Shown here: piece after piece, positions 27,163 to 36,825 of the stretch | Layout: every line of letters begins with the position of its first letter | Position numbering within the stretch: the first letter of the stretch is position 1 | Source of the DNA: Hydrolagus colliei | Taxonomy: Eukaryota | Direction: 5' to 3' | NCBI GenBank assembly: GCA_035084275.1 | Contig: CM068751.1 | Coordinates: 3,100,001 to 3,164,000, forward strand | Length of the DNA: 64,000 nt | The notes under the pieces: generated by a model | The model's input: the letters and a program-made list of their open reading frames with translations, nothing else | The model's database searches: none | What the model was told of the DNA's origin: nothing | Program-made: the position numbers and the translations under genes

Positions 27163-27679
27163 GTGGAGTCCTATAGCTCAGTGGTTAGAGCACCCACCTT
27201 AGAAGCTGGAGATCTGGGTTCAATTCCTGGCAGGGCAAAACCTTGCGCAAGGTTCCTTACCCCACACACCCAATAATAATCCCTTGGAAAAGCAAAAACA
27301 ATTATAAATTTGTCATTTCAATCCACAATGGTTTGTGGGACACTGCTGTGTGCAATTTGCTGCCACAAATTACAGTCAATTCACCTTTACAGTATATTTT
27401 GTGAAATACAGTAAAAGCTCGTTTATCCGGCACACGATCAACCATAACTTCCGTATAACCGGCACCTCAAAAAAAAAGTCTGCATTCAATTAACTGGAAT
27501 TTATCCGGAAAAATGCTTTCTTAGAAAAAAAAATGTTTTGTGTGTTTTGGGCCAAATATCCGGCAGACGCTTTAAACGGCATTGGCCAGGTCCCGAGGGT
27601 GCCGGATAAACGGGCTATTACTGTACTTTGATGTCTAGAAGACTTTAAAGCGCTACATCAAATGCAAGGATAATTATTA
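27163..27679 (+). mobile_element. Full-length tRNA-derived SINE interrupted by a MITE
   Basis: Head GTGGAGTCCTATAGCTCAGTGGTTAGAGC...GGGTTCAATTCC. SINE sequence resumes after 27625 with CTTTGATGTCTAGAAGAC...AAAGCGCTACATCAAATGCAAGGA. Confidence 0.9.
27409..27623. mobile_element. Tc1/mariner-pogo (Tigger-like) MITE, 215 bp, TA target duplication
   Basis: TA|CAGTAAAAGCTCGTTTATCCGGCAC ... GTGCCGGATAAACGGGCTATTACTG|TA: 25-bp TIRs with 2 mismatches. Confidence 0.92.
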
Positions 27680-27689
27680 CATTTTATGG

Positions 27690-27954
27690 GCTCAATGCGG
27701 CTGCCTATTGCATACAGCAATGTCCCACAAACAGTTGTGGATTGAGTGACCAAATTTGTTATTATTATTATTTATTTATTTTTAAAAAGCGATCCACCAA
27801 TTGATGAACAACCGGGTTCCTACTTACTGGCGGATAATCAGAGGTGTGGGGATTAAGCAAATTTGCCCAACCTTTCACCCGGCCGGGAATTGAACTCAAG
27901 TTCTCTCACTTGTAAGGCTGGCGCTGTAATAACCACGCAGCTGCAGGACTCCAC
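27690..27954 (-). mobile_element. tRNA-derived SINE of the same family, antisense, 3' tail missing
   Basis: Reverse complement starts GTGGAGTCCTGCAGCTGCGTGGTTATTACAGCGCC...GAGTTCAATTCCCGGCCGGG and includes CTGTTTGTGGGACATTGCTG. Confidence 0.85.
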
Positions 27955-28015
27955 AATGTTTAACGTTGATGATTAACCACAGGGATGTTTTACGTTGGCT
28001 AACTTTGCCTTCTAG

Positions 28016-28351
28016 GTGTTCCTTCGGGCCCACGCAACGTGATATCCAGTGTGAATGAAACCTCCATTATCCTGGAGTGGCACCCGCCCCGCGACGTTGG
28101 TGGCCGGGATGACGTCATGTACAACATCGTCTGCAAGAAGTGCAGTGGGAACCGCAGGTCCTGCACCCGGTGTGACGACAATGTGGAGTTTGTGCCACGC
28201 CAACTGGGGCTGACTGAGACCCGAGTCTTCATCAGCAGTCTCTGGGCCCATACCCCATACACGTTTGAGATCCAGGCGGTGAACGGAGTCTCCAGCAAAA
28301 GTTCCTACTCCCCGCAACACGTATCCGTCAATGTGACCACCAACCAGGCCG
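28016..28351 (+). CDS. EPHB1: EPHB1 coding exon 5 (first fibronectin type III domain), 336 nt
   Basis: Acceptor ttgccttctag|GT, donor GCCG|gtgagt. Translates (S)VPSGPRNVISSVNETSIILEWHPPRDVGGRDDVMYNIVCKKC...HTPYTFEIQAVNGVSSKS...TTNQA. In frame with exon 4. Confidence 0.97.
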
Positions 28352-28734
28352 GTGAGTGACTTTTCTTCCCTCGTGACACAAGCAGCGCACCTCTCAGCAA
28401 TGACTCCCGAACCACCACACCCCCCCACCACCACACCTAACACCAATCTGCCAACACCCAGCAATGCTCTGTGCTCCAGGGGGAAGGCTGATGTGGCAGC
28501 CTTGACAAAGGATAACAAGATGAAAGCAGGGCGCACTGTTGACATGTGCACCCTGGTTTCATCTTGTTATCCTTTGTCAAGGCTGCCACATTAGCCTTCG
28601 CTCGGGAGCACTGAGAGATAATCTGTATCTGTGGACATTAATTGTGTTTTTCACACCCAGACAGCTGAACACCCCTAACTTTAAAATTAAGGCTGGGTTT
28701 CTTTGGTTGTCAGATAACCTAGCTGTTTTGGAGA

Positions 28735-28986
28735 CCCTTATCCAACTCACATGTTCCACTCCACCATCGGCGGCCGTGCCTTCAGCCACTAATCCTAGAG
28801 GCTCTGGAACTCACTTCCTTCACCTCGCCCGATTTTCAGGTCTCGGCTAAAGACCTTTCTTTTCGACCGCGCTTTCGGTCACTTTCTTCCCCCTCCCCCT
28901 GGCTCAGCCCCAGGATCCATTATTGGGAAGTGCTCTGAGATGCCGTTCAGCGTGGAGGGCGCTATATAAATCCAAGTTGTTGTTGT
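28735..28986 (+). mobile_element. Degenerate L2 LINE 3' end
   Basis: CCACCATCGGCGGCCGTGCCTTCAGC...AAGACCTTTCTTTTCGACCGCGCTTTC...GGCGCTATATAAATCCAAGTTGTTGTTG, matching the other L2 copies. Confidence 0.85.
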
Positions 28987-30417
28987 CATCCGGGAATACA
29001 ACATGGGAATACCAAATGCAGATTTTTCAGATATGGCTTTGAATAGCTTAAAATACCTTCTCGGCTGTTTGTGGGATATTGCCGTGGGTATCGGGCTGCA
29101 GTGTTTGCCAACAAATGCAGTCGCTACATTTTACACTATAATCTGTGGAGCACTTTGAGACATCCTCCTAACATGAAAGGCACTATATTAAATGCATGGA
29201 TTATTATATTATTATTATCATTATACAGTTCTGTTTATTTTATTTTGGGGAATCCAAGTCCTTTAAAATGAAGTGGAGTAATCTCTTTGTTTCCTGGCTG
29301 AAGAGAATCCACTTTATTTTAAATAACATTTTACAAAGCTGAATTGCAGCATTGTATAGTGCACTTAGCCTGTTTCTCTTAACAAAACCAATCTCGCCTT
29401 GAAAATTAGCCAATGCACAGGACTACAAATTGAGGAATTTGTTGAATTTTTAAATCCAAGAGTGAGCTGGTGAAAATTTCTATCATAGAATCCATGGACA
29501 ACACAATCACCGCTATGTATAGTCATGTAATTTCCATAATCGCTAGGCTTTGTATTTTGTTGGATGACATTTTGTTAGTTTTCTGTAAATGATGAGTTAG
29601 ATTTTGATGCAGATGATGGGCCTGGGTGAACCAGAGAGTGCGCATCATTTTCTCTGACTGAGGCCACTTTCTAGTATCCACACAAAGCCAGGTGACAGCA
29701 CTGTCTGGCCCTGTGTGATTGTGGAGCTCACTGTGCTGGGTATAGAAGCACTTTGATGAGCCAGCTCACTTCTGTTACCACGGTAACCTCCATTGACCGC
29801 AGTTATTCAGGTTGTTGGTCGTAAACTTGTCGGTTGTCCTCCCGACGTGAATGGCGCTCTACAAATGTCATTTTGTTTGTTGTTGTTGTTAAACAGTAGC
29901 ACTTTGCATTCCTCAGATTCATCGTTTGGAAAGATTCAACTACAAACAGGTCCAAAACATTTGTCCCTGTTGCAACTCCCCTAACACATATTCCTTACCT
30001 GTATTCTAAAGGTGAAGCTTGTCTTTGTTTTGTCAATGTTATCTTTCTCTATTGTTTCTTGGTCAACCTCCCATGTATTTCCAAGCAAAAAGCCTAGAAT
30101 TTGCTTGTGCGCTTTTGTAACACTTTCAAGGTGACTATTACCAACGGAGTTCCAATAAACAAACCTACTCCCTTGCAGAAGGTGTACCTTTTCCTATCAG
30201 ATTTTTGACAGACAGCGCAGGGTCTAACAAGTGACCCTTTGAGGGTGATTATAATCTAGGTTGATCACAACCCCTGCTGGATTACCAGTCTACTGTAGGA
30301 AAGCACAAAATCATGCCACGTTTGCTGGCCAAAGCAAATTGGGGTCAAAATGCGTTGTGTGACATAGTGATCACATTGCAAAACGCTGCTCCTGACTCCT
30401 GGTGGATGTGAAGGATA

Positions 30418-30790
30418 TAAGAACATAAGGAACGCTGGATGAAAAAAGTCCGTCTAGTTTGCCTTCCACTTTCCTGGCAATCGCATGCACATATGTCTCA
30501 GCGTCTTGGGACATGCTCCTGATGTGAAAGGCGCTATATAAGTGTAATTGTGTTGTTGTTGTTTTCCCAAACTACCTATGTAGTATATTTCAGAATGTCA
30601 ACTGCTAAAAGAAAACTAATCTGTGATTGAAGGAATCAACTTCCTGCTTCAACCATCTGTCTCCCTAAGGAGCCTCTTCCACAGATTTACTACTCGGTCT
30701 TTGAAACAGTATTCCTGTAGATTTGTTCTGTATTTACCTTCCTTCAATTGCACACCAATTGCACACTCTGGTCCCTTACTGGTCACCTTC
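30418..30790 (-). mobile_element. CR1-like LINE 3' end with an L2 tail inserted; related copy near 61601-61840
   Basis: Both loci share GAACATAAG...GTCC(G/A)TC(T/C)AGTTTGCCTTCCAC...CAAACTA...TATTT...AGAA. The (TTCTTATG)-type terminus on the minus strand is typical of CR1. Confidence 0.6.
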
Positions 30791-31131
30791 TTTCTCTCAT
30801 ACCACAGTTCCAGATTGAGACTTTAACCCTGGCTTATAGATTTGCAGCAAACCCACAAAAATAGTTTACCACTGTTACCATCTTTTAGTTCCATCCAAAG
30901 TGATACTATTTCTGCCTTTTTTTTCATAATCCTCTCTTACTTGAGTCCCAATAATTGGTCACTTGTGTCTCAATAATGAATGTCTGGGGACATTGCTTTT
31001 GCTGGGTTGTTGGCGATTTTGGATTTTCAGGTCTTTTTCAGCGATTCTCAGCAGCCAGCAGGTTAATTTGTAAGGCAAATTGATACTGTTAGAGGCAGTT
31101 GTTAAGCTCTATAAATAAATATATATATATA

Positions 31132-31339
31132 TAGTAAAAGTCCGTTTATCTGGCACCCTCGGGACCTGGCCAATGCCGGTTAAAGCGCCTGCTGGATATT
31201 TGGCTGAAAGCGCAAAAAGAAAAAATGTAATGCATTTTTCCGGATAAATGTTGGTTAATCGAATGCGGACCGTTTTTTTGCGATGCCAGATATACGGAAG
31301 TTACGGTTGATCGGGTGACGGATAAATTGACTTTTAATG
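31132..31339. mobile_element. Second copy of the same MITE, in opposite orientation
   Basis: TAGTAAAAGTCCGTTTATCTGGCACCCTCGGGACCTGGCCAATGCCG is the reverse complement of the right end of 27409..27623. It ends GATAAATTGACTTTTAATG|TA and sits in a (TA)n tract. Confidence 0.88.
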
Positions 31340-34300
31340 TATATTGTGTATGAAATGTATATAGCTACGTGCAGAGTGGAAATTATAGGATGCTGAAACT
31401 GTTGGGTTAAGTACTGTTGATGGTAATACAGCTCCCTCACAGTGTTAAATACAGTGTCATGTTGAGATATCTCATGGTGCACAGTGTACTATGAATGCAG
31501 ACGATTTTCTTTATTTTTTTTAATCAAAAAGCCTCCCAGTAAAATCTCTCACCAGCATAATTCTGTAAGAGAATTTGAGAAAGCAAAAGAATAGCCTCGA
31601 GCTGCCCTCGGAACTCAGCGTGACAGACTTTGTATATTTAACATTCCCATCTGTGAAGTGTGAGTGATTAATATGGTATCGCATGATGTCATCTTTGATT
31701 GTGAATTGCGGTCCTGACCACTGGATTCTTCCAAGGTTTACTGTAAGCCTCACTATACTGTAGTGAAAGAGCCTTTTATGCTCTTGTTACTCTTTGTGGA
31801 AAAATGATATCTCCCAGAGTGAATTCAAAAGATTTATTTTAGTAAATAACATGAAATATGCTCTGCATGTCAGTCTCATGATGCAAGCTCCCTGCGTTCC
31901 TCTCTACAATGCAACATTGTACCCTGCTTTACCATAAAGAATGGTGCGCAAGTTTCTGGCATTTTCAGACATGTTCTATAGCTCCAATGGCATTTGCTGT
32001 AAGTCAAGATGCTGACATTTACAGGACTTAGCCATGGGCAGCAAGTGGTGACTTAACCTCATCGATTTTGTATAATGTTCATTCGTACTACTTACAAAAA
32101 TAGGTCACTTCCCCAGTATGTCAATGGTTCATTATCAGTCTTCCCAGTCTAAGACGTCTGCCTCCATCTGAGTAGAATGAGAAAATATATTCCTATATTC
32201 TTTATTTTAAAATTATATTTGTCCCTCTCTTTTTAAGTTGAGTTTAGCCTGAAAGAATAGTCTGGCCACATCTGCTGTGTGTGGGGAATCACGTACAACT
32301 AGCCCTTGTTCTGTGACTCTGGGGTTAGGCCTGTCAACTATCAGAGCAGCACAACGCCAACTGTACCTTGCGGCTTGCCTGGCAGGAGCCCTGTTTTTCA
32401 GATGGGAAATCTTAAGCTGTATATTTACATTGCGAATCACAACTTATCACCCTATCCCTAATCTTAGTCTGACAACGATGTCTAGTCCACTAAGGATTAC
32501 GGCAAATAACTAGCAACATATATACAACACATAAGCATGTAACATAGTAACATTTAACATTGAAAGTACAACATGATAGTCGTCTAAATCCTTCAGTTTG
32601 TCTGAGTCCAAAGGATCAGAATTATACTTCAATTTCAGGAGATAATGCAGAATAAAATGTGTTACTTACAGCACAGTACCTAGCACTGCAACCTTACTAT
32701 TGGATAATTCTTGGAAGAGTGAACACTCCACTGATGCGAAGCATCGTGGGTTTTGTAATGTGTGGATGGCGATTCAGAGAAACAAGTTTTTTTTTGAGTG
32801 TGTCCATTTCAAAAGCCTGGCTTTGTGGCTTAGTAATTGCTCAGTTGCCTATATCAATACCATAGTATTGTTAGGTGCTGATTGGTGCTTCACTTTGATC
32901 TCAGGATGAAAATTGCCGCTCGCTGTACCAGAAGTGAGATCACCGGGTGGTGTTGGTGGTCAAGGTTTGTGGCATCTTCTATAATAGAGCTTCTCTATTC
33001 AGCTCAGTAATGCTTAGCAAAAAAAAATCCAACATAGGATAACAAAGGCAGCCCGCTTCTGTCAGCGTGAGCAACAGAGCAGCGTGGAGTTAGCTCAGCG
33101 TTTAAAACGGTCATTAATATAATTATAGATGTCGCCTTCCACAGTCATCACTTCAGAGTCGATGAAAATGTCAAGGGGTTTAGGCTGCATATAAATTATT
33201 CGTCCTCCTGCCTTATTGACAGCTGTAAACAAGATAGCCCTTTCTGGGCTATCTGGCTGTGTGTTTGTTAGCAGCGTGGCCATAGATTTAATTTCTGATT
33301 TCACAACTGATCCCATTTAAGTGAAAATCTGGCGATTATTTGAATTCGGGTTTGAAAATATCCAGGTTGGAAGAGAACGCATGAAGTATCCTGGAAATTA
33401 ATTATTTTCCACTAACCATCTCTAAATGTGCCTTAGTGGTGTGAGGTAAGGCGAGTTTAAAAAAAAAAGGGTGGTCTATCAGGATGACCTATTGTGGCTC
33501 TTTATGTGTTTCATCCACTCTCCAGCTTTTCGAGCCATGATCCCCATTCTTTAAATGCTGGCTCATTTTTCTCTCTGCCCCAAAAGAAATATTTCAACTG
33601 CATTTGATTGTTCTCATTGGGAATAAACCTTCCATTTATATAGTCCGGGATGGTACCGTGTGAAAGAATCAAGCGCTCTCATTTAAAGACCCCTCTCTTC
33701 GTGGCAGATTTCAATAACCTTAATGCAACAGGAAATGTTTGAAAAGGCACTGATCCTTTAAATGGCGCGCTCACACATCAATGCCTCTATAGTCTCGATC
33801 AAGTCATAGCATCTCACACTCGCCATGCTTCCATGAGTCTTTATTGGAAAACTATTACTTTTCTAATGGCTTCCTCTGAAAAGTAATTCCACTCAGAATC
33901 TTAACGGCATTACTTGATGGAATACACATCTTTGACACTGGGTTAAAGTTCACAGGCTGGAATTTTGCTTTGTAATTTTTTTTCTCTTTCCCCCCACTGC
34001 CTCCCCCTCAAAAAAAAAGGAGCCCAGCCATACAGCATTGATCACATGTCGGAGTTTGTTCTGATATGGTTCAGCATTTTGCTCAATGTGACTCATGAAG
34101 ACTCTATTGTCATGCGTTAGATGATACATAATTTGCACAAAAAGATGGCTTTCTTTCCTCCTTCCAGTCCTACACCAAATTCTTTCACCGTTACTTTGTT
34201 CAACTGCTGTTTGCTGCAAAACATGTCATCACTGCTCTTTACAATATATGCCATGAAGTCCTCCAAGTGTGGAAAGTGCTGTTTAAAATGTAAGAATAAT

Positions 34301-34405
34301 TATTATTACATTATTCTAATTGTTCAAAGCTTTTAAAGCGTCTTAAACAGGGACTCATTTAAGTCATAAAAGTAAAGACAAATCGTGAATGCCAGAAATC
34401 TGAAA

Positions 34406-34472
34406 TAACAACAACAACAACAATTTACATTTATAGAGCGCCTTTCACGTCGGGAGGACGTCCCAAGGCGCT
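34406..34472 (-). mobile_element. Tail-only L2 insertion (~65 bp)
   Basis: (AAC)n ATTTACATTTATAGAGCGCCTTTCACGTCGGGAGGACGTCCCAAGGCGCTG, nearly identical to 47495-47561. Similar tail-only pieces occur near 29835-29890, 30500-30563 and 35465-35528. Confidence 0.85.
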
Positions 34473-36414
34473 GGAATAAAACCAGAAATAGCTGCCAATG
34501 CACAATAGTCAATCACTACCTGAAAGGGACAGAAAGGTCATATTCTGCGTCTGACCCTTCATTAGAACAGAAATGATTTGGCTGAAAAATCCCAATTAAC
34601 CTCTTTCTTTGTCAGATGCTGAGTAACCTGCAACTTCTGTTTTGATATTCTTTCTACATAAAAACATATTTCTTATCTCTCCCCCACCCCACCACCCTCC
34701 CCTCTCAAGCCTTCCGTGAAATACATATATGCTAAGCAAGTTGCAGTTTATGCATTATTTTCACGCTTTGATTTAAAATTTAGCGAGATTGACAGGAGAT
34801 GGTGTTAAGGTATGTGCTGATGAATACCCTTTGTGCCTTATTATTGCAGAATGTGGGCTGCTCAGGTTCAATGTCTCTGCGATTGCTCAATGAATATTTT
34901 TCCTGTTTTTAAAACAAAATCCCTGTGTTTGAATTCAGCTTTGCATTCAGCTCCTCTTGTCTTGTAATTGGAAGCAGAAGCCCACTTCAGGAGTCCTGTT
35001 ACTGGGAAACTATGGAGCAGGTTCAGTCAATCATAAAAAAAATGGCCAGCAGCATGTTTCGAATTTCTCGAGCCTTTCGTCCAGGTGTAATTGGAAATGA
35101 ACTGATGCAAATTGGTTTAGCTGGACTCTCTGGTCTGACGAATATGGAAACCCATCATCGTGGTTAACAGTATTCAAAGCCTCTGTGAATTCTCTCCCTG
35201 GAGGAATGCAGCCACCTCATTCACTAATTCTGGCCACCACTCTCCCGCCGACAGCTACGGATACTTACACATATCCGTTCCAGTTGAGTTGTGGTTTGGA
35301 AGTGCATCTGTTGCTTATCTCTGCAAACCAATCAAGGTAAACCTCAAGCCCTGGACATATGAGCGTATGGTCATAAAGCCAAATATCAGGGAATCAGTTT
35401 TAATCACTGCTGTCCTAAAGCGTGGATTAAGAACCTGTACAGGAAAATTTCTGATGTGCTGGAAGCACCTTGGGACATCGAGCCAATGTGAAAGTCACTA
35501 TACAAATGTCATTTTGTTGTTGTTGTTGATTTTCCAGCAAACCTGCTGAATGGAGTAGAATAATGTTAAGGCAATGTAAACAAATTTTGTACGTGGGGGA
35601 AATGAAGCAGAATAATCCACTAGGAGCAACTATAGAGGTGTTTATCGACTGGCAATAAATTTCCCGACCATGGCATCTTATTCTCTACTGGTCAGTATAT
35701 ATACTGAACTTGGTAATGTGAGCTTAGAATGGGATTTTCCATTAACTTTGAAGGGCCCATCCCCGTGTCTTACACATGCCCAACATATGCTTCTATTTTT
35801 CTCTGTGTCCGTTTCACACACAGAAGATCCTATGTTTAATTCTCTCCTAATTCTTCATGCACAAGGAGCATTAACTGTAAGGCTCAGTGTGCGGAGTGCA
35901 AAGTGTCCAGAGGGAAAGAGCAGGCATAAGGAAATCGGTGTTGTATTTTGCATGCTAGCCAACTATTCTCAATTAATTGTGCAGATACGCTGTGCTCAGT
36001 CATGAGAGGACATGCATTATAATTGTTCATGCACCACACGTTTCCACAGACTGAAAGGCAGAACCCTGTCCAGGTTGAAGATGGAATCTCGGTTCTTTGG
36101 AGTTGTGCTTTGGGTAGAATCATTCGAAACATATTTCTTCATGGACAAATCTATCTGGACAGTCCTGGCTTTAATAGTTTGATGCATCAGTGTAATTCTA
36201 TTCGAATGTACACGGAATGAATTTCAAAAATTGGTTTATTTCAGTACTATTGGACCTATCTCCCAGGATACCATAGGGCATTTTGATATTAAAAGATATG
36301 TTGCAAACCATTTTTTGATTTCTTGAATTCAAAATGGTCCCAGCACATATATATAAATAATTGATGAAAACAATACACAGTAGGTTTACACAGGGCTGGC
36401 AGGTGACTGATATC

Positions 36415-36825
36415 AGGATAGACTAGGCATGTTAGGCCTTTATTCATGAGACAAAAGAAGTTTAAGCGAGGCCCCTAATTGAGGTATTATAAATTCTATA
36501 AAATTATAAAAGAGTTTGATTAGGTTAGAATAAATAGGTTGTCACCACTCTGTGGGGAGTTTGGAACCGGGGGCAAATGTATAAGATAAAGATCAGGGAC
36601 TCCAAAGGAAACTTTCTCAAGACTGAGATTGCGAAACTCGCTGCCTGAAGCGGTGATTGAATCAGATAGTAAAGATGAATTCGAGAGGATGCTAGACTTT
36701 CACAACGGGGGAATAAGAGGCTAGGGAATAAGGAGTAGGTGGAAACTCATGTGGAGTACAAACACCCGACATGGACTGGTTGGGCCGAATGGCCTGTTTT
36801 TGTGCTGTTTAGTATGTGTAAATCT
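36415..36825 (+). mobile_element. Degenerate CR1-clade LINE 3' end
   Basis: Decayed RT C-terminus (RLGMLGLYS...LIEV-like), and 3' end CATGGACTGGTTGGGCCGAATGGCCTGTTTTTGTGCTGT. Related ends lie near 5440-5580 and 18740-18855. Confidence 0.7.

Noticed and set aside
28012-28551. 179-aa minus-strand ORF and other ORFs overlapping exons or L2 copies (e.g. 12430..12960, 48146..48538, 63100..63414)
   Set aside because: These are shadow frames of GC-rich coding or LINE sequence with no recognisable domains.
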